Source of the DNA: a virus
Taxonomy: Duplodnaviria; Caudoviricetes
Virus record (IMG/VR): IMGVR_UViG_3300012352_000557
Coordinates: 1 to 34,402 of that record
DNA: 34,402 bases
Reading direction: 5' to 3' (one strand)
How positions within the stretch are numbered: the first letter of the stretch is position 1; the number at the start of each line of letters is the position of its first letter. A program made the translations under genes and the position numbers. Below, in pieces: positions 8,093 through 16,467 of the stretch. The notes under the pieces were generated by a model. The model was not told the DNA's origin, did no database searches, and saw only the letters and a program-made list of their open reading frames with translations.

Positions 8093-10423
8093 ATGGCGAC
8101 CTTAACCACTCAGCAGACGCTCTCGGCTAACTATCGCTATTTCGTTTGCGATCTAATAACCAATGAGCTATTGGCAGAAATTCCGCTGAGCGGAGTATCT
8201 TATGGCCGATCAATTCGCGAAGCTGGGTCTTTCACTGGTGATATTCCGGTAAGCCCTGAAACTTATAATCTCAGTCTCTATGAAAACACCGTTCCGGGAA
8301 AAACAGCCCTATACATCGTGCGCAATAACCAGTGCGTTTGGGGTGGGGTTATTTGGTCTAGATCGTATGACATCAAAAATAAAATTCTAAATATCAGTGG
8401 TAACGAGTTCCCTAGCTACCTATACCATCGAGTGGCGTGGAAGACGTTTGATAACAACTACACCGCGACCGTGACACTAGGCACGGATGGTATAGGTAAG
8501 TTGGAGCTTCAGGATGACGAAACTTTTGATTTTGTAGCTAATATGCCAATTCAGTTGGTCTTTAAGTCCGAAAATACCAAGAAGTACGACGGCTACTACT
8601 ACATAACTTCAGATCCAGCGCCTACTAACACAGTAGCCTATTTCACCGCTCAAAAGGACGATGCTGGTTTAATTTCAGTACAAGGAGTCACTCGACAAGA
8701 TAACGAAACCTCCGTGTATGTGAGACAAGACACCTATGAGTATGCTCGTGATTTGTTAAGTGCACTAGAACTAGACTTCTACGGCCCTATCTTCGGAAAC
8801 TCCGAGATCGAGCCTTCTCAGGTATTTGCGCAGATTATCACTACGGTATCTAGAACATCTAACGTTGCCACTGCAGTTTTTGCTAAACCTCACTACTTGA
8901 TTGTTGGCCAAGGATTTACTGTTCGAAATACTGATACGGCGTTGGATGGTCGACATGTGGTACTGAGCGTTCCAAACGAGAACACCGTTACATTTGCTAG
9001 CACTGGCAATAACATTTCTTCCACTCCGCTAACATCAAATGAGTCCGCCATCTCTAGCTATTCAAGGGCGAGCACTGGCGTTGTTACGGTAACTACGGCT
9101 TCTTCGCACTCGTTTAATGTTGACGATGTTGTCGAGGTTAGCGGACTAACTAACCTAATAGATGGCACCCACGTAGTTACGGGAACTACCAGCACAACTC
9201 TAACCTTTCAGACCGAAGTTACTGTAGTCATCGCAACCAGCGAGCCCGCGGAAGGCGCTACCGTAGAGCGCAAAGCAGAAATCAGGTATGGGTCATACGG
9301 TGAATATTCTCAGAATTCGGGACTACAGTTAGACTTCTCTACTGGCGGATTTAGCGTCCAATCTCCACAGGATAACCACCCATTCCGCGGCCACGAACTT
9401 AAGTATGTTGGAGAAATCCTAGAAGAATACTCAAATAAGCCTGGTGGCTTTGAGTACCGAATTGATTGCAACTATGACGCTAACACTAACTCATTTACTA
9501 GAACTTTTGTATTCCTACCTCTAGAGCCAGACTCTTTAAGAGAGTATAAAGACGCTCTGCCAAATGCCAAACTTCCTGCTGGTAAATATGCCCCTCTGTC
9601 GGCATTTGAGGCAGATAACTATGTATTCGAACACCCTGGTAATATCTTGGAAGCTAGCATGGTCGAGTCTGCAGAAGACTCCGCAACTCGCTTCTGGGTG
9701 CAAGGCGACGACGACACCGATAACCCGGAAGCAGCCCTCCCCTATGCAGCTGAATCTAACTTTGACTATTTAGATCGTGGATGGCCTCTGCTTGATCAGG
9801 TGGAGAAAATTGATGGCGTCAGTGAAGAAACCATTCTTTACGATGAATATGCTACTCGAATGCTTTCTGAGTCAGTTCCTCCAATGTCGAGTTTCTCGAT
9901 AACTGTTGATGGTTCTATTAGGCCTACCTTGGGAACATATAAGCCCGGGGATTGGTGTTCAGTAATCATCAATGATGATTTTGTGCAACTACGAATTCAG
10001 AGCGAACTAGAACCTGGCAGTTCTCAGGCCGACAGGGCTGGAGTTTTGCTTAGAAAGATTGATGCGTTCGAAGTATCGGTTCCAGAGAGCCCGACTGTAC
10101 CCGAAGAAGTCACATTGACTTTAGTTACTGAAACTCAGGTTGACGCACCAGGTGCCACATTGATTGATCTGGACCCGACAATCATCAACACTACAAGCAT
10201 TACTTTTGCTGTTAAATTTGATACCGAAAGAACTGCTAGCTCTACAACGGTTGCACTATTTAGGGGCGCTACTCAGCTGACCTCTTGGACTCTAGATGCT
10301 GATGACATCATTGATGCAACCTATTCAGCAACTGGTTTATCTGCTGGCACTAAGTATGAATTTGCACTAAAAGTTGACGGAACCACGTACGTAACTCAGT
10401 ATGTAAAGACAAGGGCATCATAA
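8093..10423 (+). CDS. Baseplate hub / minor tail protein with inserted beta-domains and a C-terminal FN3-like domain
   Basis: LAEIPL, VWGGVIWSR, GFEYRID, FEHPGNI, GWPLLD, GTYKPGDW motifs of actinophage hub proteins; follows Dit. Confidence 0.75.
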   Translation: MATLTTQQTLSANYRYFVCDLITNELLAEIPLSGVSYGRSIREAGSFTGDIPVSPETYNLSLYENTVPGKTALYIVRNNQCVWGGVIWSRSYDIKNKILNISGNEFPSYLYHRVAWKTFDNNYTATVTLGTDGIGKLELQDDETFDFVANMPIQLVFKSENTKKYDGYYYITSDPAPTNTVAYFTAQKDDAGLISVQGVTRQDNETSVYVRQDTYEYARDLLSALELDFYGPIFGNSEIEPSQVFAQIITTVSRTSNVATAVFAKPHYLIVGQGFTVRNTDTALDGRHVVLSVPNENTVTFASTGNNISSTPLTSNESAISSYSRASTGVVTVTTASSHSFNVDDVVEVSGLTNLIDGTHVVTGTTSTTLTFQTEVTVVIATSEPAEGATVERKAEIRYGSYGEYSQNSGLQLDFSTGGFSVQSPQDNHPFRGHELKYVGEILEEYSNKPGGFEYRIDCNYDANTNSFTRTFVFLPLEPDSLREYKDALPNAKLPAGKYAPLSAFEADNYVFEHPGNILEASMVESAEDSATRFWVQGDDDTDNPEAALPYAAESNFDYLDRGWPLLDQVEKIDGVSEETILYDEYATRMLSESVPPMSSFSITVDGSIRPTLGTYKPGDWCSVIINDDFVQLRIQSELEPGSSQADRAGVLLRKIDAFEVSVPESPTVPEEVTLTLVTETQVDAPGATLIDLDPTIINTTSITFAVKFDTERTASSTTVALFRGATQLTSWTLDADDIIDATYSATGLSAGTKYEFALKVDGTTYVTQYVKTRAS

Positions 10424-10425
10424 CC

Positions 10426-13053
10426 ATGGGAATTAGACGTAGACGTAAAAAGCTGACCAGCCTCATATCCAATATGGATAAGAGGATCAGAACCGTAGAA
10501 TTTAAGAAAACAGCCTATGGAGTTGCCAGCACCACGGAAGAAGTGTCTGCTAATGAAGAAGAGAACGGCAATGAGCCCGAAGGTTCGGTGTACTCCGCAA
10601 CGCTACCTAACCCTTGGACTCGCGTAAAGCGAGCATATTTCCACCCGTCTAACGTAGTAGCGGGAGATAGGTTCGAGCTACTTTTCTACAACACTGAAGG
10701 TATCGAGTCTGTTTCTGGTTCTTCGGTAGAGCGCGGGGACTACGTCTCTATCTCTGCACTAGGTAGGTCTGCAGCTCCAATTGTGACTGTTGGTAGGACA
10801 TACTTTAAAAATACTAATGCCAGTAACCCTTACTACACTTGCCGTGCTCACGGTACTCCTAGCTGGACCCTTAGTGCAACTAATACGCGTGAAACATTAA
10901 AATTCAATGGTAATCAGGTATACGTCCCGTTGCCTATCTCGGGAGATACTTTTGGTACGGTAACTCACACCTATCTGTTCTCCCACAACACGTCTCTTAC
11001 GGGTAACTCGCCTAGATATTCTCTGGCGACTAGGGCACTGATTGCTTCGCACTCGGCAACGACAACTACCGCCACCCTAACCATCTCAGGAACTTCACAC
11101 CACTACACAGAAGACGACATCATTGATGTCAATGATCTTCCTGAAGCATACCGAGGGGTAGATGGCCTGTTCAAAGTGACGTCGGTAACTTCTACCACTA
11201 TTAGCTATGACTTTGATACCCCTCTAAGTGCATCAATATCTTCTGCGACAGCCTCTTCTGGCACTTACATCTACTCTGTTGCTCAGAAGTATGTCAGGGT
11301 AGGCTCTACTTGGTTTGACACGGCAAATGACAATAAAGTCTATTATTGGAACGGCATTAGATATCAAGTTGGTCAGGTTGCTGGATTGAGCAACGACGGC
11401 TCTGCGCCTAATCCGCCAACTAACCTCACTCTAACTACCAGCGGATACAACCGACCTGACGGCACTTCTAGATCTAGGGTAGATCTTTCATGGACTGCTC
11501 CAACGACATCTGCTAATGGTAATACGCTAGATGATTTGCTCGGGTATAAAATTAGGATCAGCGAGACTGGATACAGTAACTGGCGAGACACGAGAGACCT
11601 TATTGGTCCTGACACATCCGAGACAATAACCAACTTAGATCAGAATAAAGAGTATTTTTTCCGTGTAACTGCTTACGACTCTTTTGGTAACGAATCAACA
11701 GGGCTCGACGATAGTGTTGTTACTGGTGTAGCTGCTTTAGCACTAGATAAACTTTCAGCACCAACGATCCCCACCCCCCGCTTAGGAGTCGTAGCGGTTT
11801 CTTGGGATGGTAAGACGTATTCTGGTGGTGTAGTTGCCCAGGACATGGTGAAGTTTGTAGAGGTTCACGCCTCGACTACAAGTGGATACACGCCAAGCGA
11901 AAGTACTTTAGTTGGTAAAATCTATAGAGCCAAGGATCCGTGTAACGTATCCGGGCTTACATACAATGCCACCTATTACTTTAAATTAGTGGCTGTTGAT
12001 ACTAACGGTAATTCAACAACGCCATCAGAACAAACTTCAGCGATCATTACACCTCTTGTTGATACTGACATTATTGGAAAAATTCTTGATGGTGCTAACA
12101 TCAAAAACGGTAGCGTAACTGCGTCTGATGTGATTATTGGTAACACCATCACAGGCGGTCTAATTCAGGCCTTAGCTATTACAGCCGGTAAAATTGACAC
12201 TAATGCAATCACGGCAGATAAGATCAATGCCGGAGCAATTACTGCTGTAAAGATTGATACTGGTGCAATTGAGGCATCGAAAATATTAGTAACTGATACT
12301 TTTGCCTATAGAAACTCCGCATATACCCTAGGTCTCTCCTACGGGCAAAATGCAGTAGACGGTCAGCTTGGCACTGCCGGTATTTCTTTTGAAAATGGCT
12401 CTGGCACTAGCTTTGGTTGGCTTGGTTCTTGGCTTAACGGTGCGATAGAGTTGGGCACTAATTTTACTTTAAATTATATTGACCTATATGACAATAACAC
12501 TATGTTCATACGTGCAGAGGATAATTTTAGTCTACAGGGTGGAACTGGCGCTCTGAATATGTCAACAGATTCCACAACCCTCTACTCCGATACAGACTTA
12601 GATCTAGGTACTTTTAATAATTCATATAGCGTTAATATCGTCGGCCCCCTCAGAAATCTGTATGGATATCAGAGAACTCCTGCCACCACGGTGCCTAATA
12701 TGGTAATCAGTAGCCAAGGGCTTATCTATAGAACTACTCACGTGAACTCGAGCTTGAGGTATAAGACAGACGTGGTTCCCTTGGAGTTTGACATGGATAA
12801 ATACCTATCATTGATGCCAGTGCTCTACAAATACAAACCAGAGATTGTTTCCGAAGAAGATTCTAAGAAAATATTTAGTGGATTTATTGCTGAAGAATTG
12901 GATGCAGCAGGCTTTACAGACCTAATTGATTATGATGATAAGGGCAGACCCGATGCCCTGAAATATGATAGACTTACTGCCTACCTACACTCTGTCGTGC
13001 AGAATCAAGAAGCTAGAATTAAAGAATTAGAGACAAAGATTGGAATGCCATAA
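10426..13053 (+). CDS. Central tail fibre/spike with FN3 domains and a C-terminal peptidase S74 intramolecular chaperone
   Basis: FN3 signatures (LSWTAP...YFFRVTAYDSFGNES; GLTYNATYYFKLVAVDTNGN); AITAxKI repeats; SSLRYK...GFIAEEL...coiled-coil end. Confidence 0.85.
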   Translation: MGIRRRRKKLTSLISNMDKRIRTVEFKKTAYGVASTTEEVSANEEENGNEPEGSVYSATLPNPWTRVKRAYFHPSNVVAGDRFELLFYNTEGIESVSGSSVERGDYVSISALGRSAAPIVTVGRTYFKNTNASNPYYTCRAHGTPSWTLSATNTRETLKFNGNQVYVPLPISGDTFGTVTHTYLFSHNTSLTGNSPRYSLATRALIASHSATTTTATLTISGTSHHYTEDDIIDVNDLPEAYRGVDGLFKVTSVTSTTISYDFDTPLSASISSATASSGTYIYSVAQKYVRVGSTWFDTANDNKVYYWNGIRYQVGQVAGLSNDGSAPNPPTNLTLTTSGYNRPDGTSRSRVDLSWTAPTTSANGNTLDDLLGYKIRISETGYSNWRDTRDLIGPDTSETITNLDQNKEYFFRVTAYDSFGNESTGLDDSVVTGVAALALDKLSAPTIPTPRLGVVAVSWDGKTYSGGVVAQDMVKFVEVHASTTSGYTPSESTLVGKIYRAKDPCNVSGLTYNATYYFKLVAVDTNGNSTTPSEQTSAIITPLVDTDIIGKILDGANIKNGSVTASDVIIGNTITGGLIQALAITAGKIDTNAITADKINAGAITAVKIDTGAIEASKILVTDTFAYRNSAYTLGLSYGQNAVDGQLGTAGISFENGSGTSFGWLGSWLNGAIELGTNFTLNYIDLYDNNTMFIRAEDNFSLQGGTGALNMSTDSTTLYSDTDLDLGTFNNSYSVNIVGPLRNLYGYQRTPATTVPNMVISSQGLIYRTTHVNSSLRYKTDVVPLEFDMDKYLSLMPVLYKYKPEIVSEEDSKKIFSGFIAEELDAAGFTDLIDYDDKGRPDALKYDRLTAYLHSVVQNQEARIKELETKIGMP
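12175..12286 (+). repeat. 10-residue tandem peptide repeat (AITAGKIDTN/AITADKINAG/AITAVKIDTG/AIEASKI)
   Basis: Visible in the translation; typical of trimeric fibre shafts. Confidence 0.8.
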
Positions 13054-13400
13054 TGCCTTGGGTCTATTCTATTGAACCAGTATCTGACTACCCGAATGGT
13101 GATAGTCAGTATATTCCTCACGGAGTGAAGGTTGTAAAAACGTTTTACTCTGATTCTGGAGAAAATATGGTATCTGTAGATACTACTGTTCAAGAAGCGA
13201 TTGCCGAATCTGATACAGATATCTCAGAGGAATACTATAATGAAGTTATAGCATCTTTAAAAAACCAAATAGATCTAATGTTTTCACTTGCAGCTGAGAA
13301 TCAACTTCCCTTTGTATCTATAGGCTCTGTATTTGGCAATAGACTAGTTTCGGCTCTCGGGGATGTAGTCGTATTCGCTAGGGAGAGAGACAATGAGTAA
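13053..13400 (+). CDS. Hypothetical acidic protein (115 aa)
   Basis: TAATG coupling to the fibre gene; fills the operon. Confidence 0.7.
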   Translation: MPWVYSIEPVSDYPNGDSQYIPHGVKVVKTFYSDSGENMVSVDTTVQEAIAESDTDISEEYYNEVIASLKNQIDLMFSLAAENQLPFVSIGSVFGNRLVSALGDVVVFARERDNE

Positions 13401-13590
13401 CGATCAAATTCCAATTAATGCCGACACGCTGGTGAAAGTATACGAGTCTCTTCGTATTAGATTCGCCAATTCCCTGCTCACGTGCTCTGAATTAGAGATC
13501 CTTCTCTCCATAGAGAAAGATAAGAATGCTGAACTAGAGAAGTTGCTGGCTAATAATAGTAAAGAACCTAAAAATAAAGACAATGTTTGA
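13393..13590 (+). CDS. Hypothetical small coiled-coil protein (65 aa)
   Basis: SD GGGAG; overlaps both neighbours by 8 nt. Confidence 0.65.
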   Translation: MSNDQIPINADTLVKVYESLRIRFANSLLTCSELEILLSIEKDKNAELEKLLANNSKEPKNKDNV

Positions 13591-14053
13591 AGTAAAAGAC
13601 GGAGCTAGAACGCTTCAATTCAACGGTAAGCTTTTAGGTAGGTCTACCTCAAAAAGACACGACTCTACTCGCTGGATTGAGTTTGCGCTATATAAAACAG
13701 ACAGCGGATCCTACATCTTGTCTCGTATCGGCGTCTCTTTAGTATTTCATGGAGCAGCTTGCCCTCTTGTTCGTAGATATGGTTTACAGGAGAGCCCGTA
13801 CTCGAATATAGACAAGAAGTCCGTGCCATGTGTTGAGTGCAACCCATCCGAAGAGGCCGAGCTTGTATTTCCTGAAAAGTATCGCCACTGGGCTCAGGTG
13901 TCCGAAGAGCCTGGCGCGGTGCTAGATGCTCTTTACAAGTACGATGACAACGGCGCACGCTACTTAACAAACGTTGCGCAAAGGTTGCTCGAAGAAGCGT
14001 CTAAGAACGATGAACTGATCGCGGACATCTATAAAATAGAGATAATTCCCTAA
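13583..14053 (+). CDS. Hypothetical phage protein with a RW-x-E-x-x-LYKT-x-x-G-x-Y motif and possible Zn ligands
   Basis: 156 aa ORF; H-x3-C and CVEC; followed by a terminator. Confidence 0.75.
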   Translation: MFEVKDGARTLQFNGKLLGRSTSKRHDSTRWIEFALYKTDSGSYILSRIGVSLVFHGAACPLVRRYGLQESPYSNIDKKSVPCVECNPSEEAELVFPEKYRHWAQVSEEPGAVLDALYKYDDNGARYLTNVAQRLLEEASKNDELIADIYKIEIIP

Positions 14054-14059
14054 CAAGAC

Positions 14060-14087
14060 ACCCTAGTTGCAAAGACTAGGGTTTTTT
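14060..14087 (+). terminator. Rho-independent terminator closing the tail operon
   Basis: ACCCTAGT-tgcaaag-ACTAGGGT followed by TTTTT. Confidence 0.8.
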
Positions 14088-14095
14088 GCTAATAT
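14067..14095 (+). promoter_or_regulatory. Sigma70/SigA-like promoter for the polymerase gene
   Basis: TTGCAA-17 bp-TAATAT with TGn extension. Confidence 0.65.
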
Positions 14096-14120
14096 AAATT
14101 TCTTATCGAAAAGGATTTAT

Positions 14121-15938
14121 ATGGCAGGACTAGAAGGCATTCAGCTAGAGCTGGTAGATAGTGCCGAACAAGCATCTAAGTTTATTACTTGGCTTGGTGA
14201 GAGGCGTCCACTAAATGCCATTGCCATTGACACCGAGACCGGAGAGCTTCCGGGGAATCCGCGTGACCACGCTCTATCACCTTGGCATGGACGTCTGCGC
14301 CTAGCTCAGGTTGGCGACGGCATGACTGGCTGGGCCATTCCTTGGGATGAGTGGGGTGGTGTTTTCTACGAAGCCATGGATAAATTTGATGGGCCTATTG
14401 TCTGCCACAACATTGCCTTCGAGGCCAAGTGGTTTGAAATCCAATCTCGATGGAGCATGCCTTGGCATCGATCACATGACACGATGATCATGGCGCAGCT
14501 AATTGATCCGCTTGGTCAAGGTGGTCTAAAGCCCCTCACTGAACGTTATGTTGATCGTCACGCTGCTTACCTACAGACTCAGCTGGACGTAGGACTGTCT
14601 GCCAATGGTTGGACGTGGGGAACTGTTCCAACGACCTTTGCACCTTATTGGTCTTATGGCGCACTAGACACAATTCTCACGATGCGACTCTTTGAGCAAT
14701 TCTGGGAGAAGTGCGCTCCGGGGCGTCCGTACTCTCAGGCCTACGAGCTAGAGATGAATACTCGCCGTATCGTAACCCGCATGGAGCTTAACGGTGCTCG
14801 CCTAGATCTGGATTACTCGCAGAAGAAATTTAATGACTTGCTTCAGTACACCGAGCAGGTGAAAGACTGGGTACAGAAAACATACAACGCTTCAGTTACA
14901 AGTAACCCTCAGATGGCGCGCGTGTTCGAAGAGCAACTCGGATCTCAGATTACCGAGACCACCCCTAGTGGACAGAAGTCACTAACTAAAGACCAGCTCA
15001 AGCTATTCACTATCCACGGCTCTGAAGAAGTTAAGCAACTTGCAGACACGATGCTAAAGCAGCGTAAAGCTGACAAGCTTGCAAATACTTATTTCCTAAA
15101 CTTCATCAATGACAACGTGAATGGATTTGTTCACCCGTCAGTAAAGACCATGGGTGCTCGTACTGGACGTATGTCTATTCAGAACCCTGCACTGCAGACC
15201 CTACCTAAGGGCGACGACACCGTACGCCGTGCATTCCTTCCTAAGGATGACGACCACGTAATTGTCACTTCCGACCTTGACCAGGTTGAGTTCCGTATGT
15301 TCTCTTCACTGTCTGGGGATGCAAACCTAATCAACCTCTTCAACATGGCCGATGCAACTGGCTCTGACCCATTCACTGAGATCGGTCGTGAGATCTATGC
15401 TGACCCGACTATGCAAAAGTCAGATAAGCGTCGTAGCCTAATCAAGGGTGTGGTCTACGGGCGTCTATATGGTGCTGGTGTTTCGAAGCAGGCTCTTACT
15501 GCTGGAGTTCCAGAAGAACAGATGCGTGCAGTGTCTAACGCATTCGATGATCGCTTCCCTGGAATGTCTTTGTTCCAAAAGAAGGTGGAAGATATTGGAA
15601 TGCGTCGTCTACGGGCGGAGGGTCAGGGCTATGTCAATACTTGGACTGGGCGTCGCCTACCTTGTGATGAAGACCGCGTTTACACCCTTGTCAACTACCT
15701 GATTCAGGGTGGTGCAGCTGAGGTATTTAAGTCAAACTTGATCAAGTTGGATCAAGCCGATTTGACGGATCTTTTGATTGTCCCCGTACATGACGAAATT
15801 GTGCTAAATGCACCTCGTAAAGACGTAGAAGAGATCAAAAAGCTAGTGCGAGAGTGTATGACTACTCGCGACGGGTGGGCCGTGCCTCTCACGGCTGATG
15901 TTGATGGACCTCTAGAAAACTGGGGAGAAAAGTACTAA
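14121..15938 (+). CDS. polA: Family A DNA polymerase (3'-5' exonuclease plus polymerase, no 5'-3' exonuclease)
   Basis: ExoI AIDTET, ExoII HNIAFE, ExoIII YGALD; RTGRMS, motif A DLDQVEFR, motif B KGVVYGRLYG, motif C VHDE; ATG 14121 after AAAGGA. Confidence 0.96.
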   Translation: MAGLEGIQLELVDSAEQASKFITWLGERRPLNAIAIDTETGELPGNPRDHALSPWHGRLRLAQVGDGMTGWAIPWDEWGGVFYEAMDKFDGPIVCHNIAFEAKWFEIQSRWSMPWHRSHDTMIMAQLIDPLGQGGLKPLTERYVDRHAAYLQTQLDVGLSANGWTWGTVPTTFAPYWSYGALDTILTMRLFEQFWEKCAPGRPYSQAYELEMNTRRIVTRMELNGARLDLDYSQKKFNDLLQYTEQVKDWVQKTYNASVTSNPQMARVFEEQLGSQITETTPSGQKSLTKDQLKLFTIHGSEEVKQLADTMLKQRKADKLANTYFLNFINDNVNGFVHPSVKTMGARTGRMSIQNPALQTLPKGDDTVRRAFLPKDDDHVIVTSDLDQVEFRMFSSLSGDANLINLFNMADATGSDPFTEIGREIYADPTMQKSDKRRSLIKGVVYGRLYGAGVSKQALTAGVPEEQMRAVSNAFDDRFPGMSLFQKKVEDIGMRRLRAEGQGYVNTWTGRRLPCDEDRVYTLVNYLIQGGAAEVFKSNLIKLDQADLTDLLIVPVHDEIVLNAPRKDVEEIKKLVRECMTTRDGWAVPLTADVDGPLENWGEKY

Positions 15939-16393
15939 TGAAATATATCTTGGCCGTTGATCCCGGAAAAGCCACCGGAATGGCACTATTTAGCCTAAAA
16001 TCAGGCTCTGAGCCAGTCCTAGAGTGGTCTGGAGAGTTCCAACAGCACGAATACGCAGCACCGATCCGAGCCTCTCTATCGGCCGTACAGGGCGAATTAG
16101 AGGTGGTCTGTGAACGATTCACGATCAATGCTCAGACAGTAAAGAACTCTCAAGCGCCCTACTCGCTTGAGCAGATCGGTATTCTCAAGCAGTGCCTTAT
16201 GGACGTTGGCCGTGCGGCCGATGACATCTATTTTCAAAGCCCTGCGGACGCAAAAGCCATGTTTTCTAACGAAAAGTTGAAGAAGCTTGGCTACTGGCAC
16301 AAAGGTGGCGAAGGCCACGCACTTGACGCCATCCGACACGGTCTGCTAAGGTGCATTAAGTCTGGTTGGAAACCAGTACAATTATTAAATTAG
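15938..16393 (+). CDS. RuvC-like (RNase H fold) Holliday junction resolvase
   Basis: ILAVDPG, VVCERF and HALDA acidic catalytic motifs; TAATG coupling to polA. Confidence 0.8.
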   Translation: MKYILAVDPGKATGMALFSLKSGSEPVLEWSGEFQQHEYAAPIRASLSAVQGELEVVCERFTINAQTVKNSQAPYSLEQIGILKQCLMDVGRAADDIYFQSPADAKAMFSNEKLKKLGYWHKGGEGHALDAIRHGLLRCIKSGWKPVQLLN

Positions 16394-16412
16394 TTATTAT
16401 CAAAAAAATAAC

Positions 16413-16442
16413 TTGACAAAGTTTTTTTCTGATAATATAAAT
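16413..16442 (+). promoter_or_regulatory. Sigma70-like promoter for the helicase operon
   Basis: TTGACA at 16413-16418; TATAAA 17 bp downstream, overlapping TGaTAATAT; AT-rich upstream tract. Confidence 0.75.
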
Positions 16443-16467
16443 ATACGTAAAGACGCAAAGGATAAAA

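Noticed and set aside
13583-14053. Anti-CRISPR-like assignment based on the LYKT-x-x-G-x-Y motif
   Set aside because: The motif is short and widespread in phage hypothetical proteins; no aca-like neighbour; cannot be supported without a search
14067-14120. TTG start of polA at 14067
   Set aside because: Lies in the terminator/promoter; ATG 14121 has an SD (AAAGGA)
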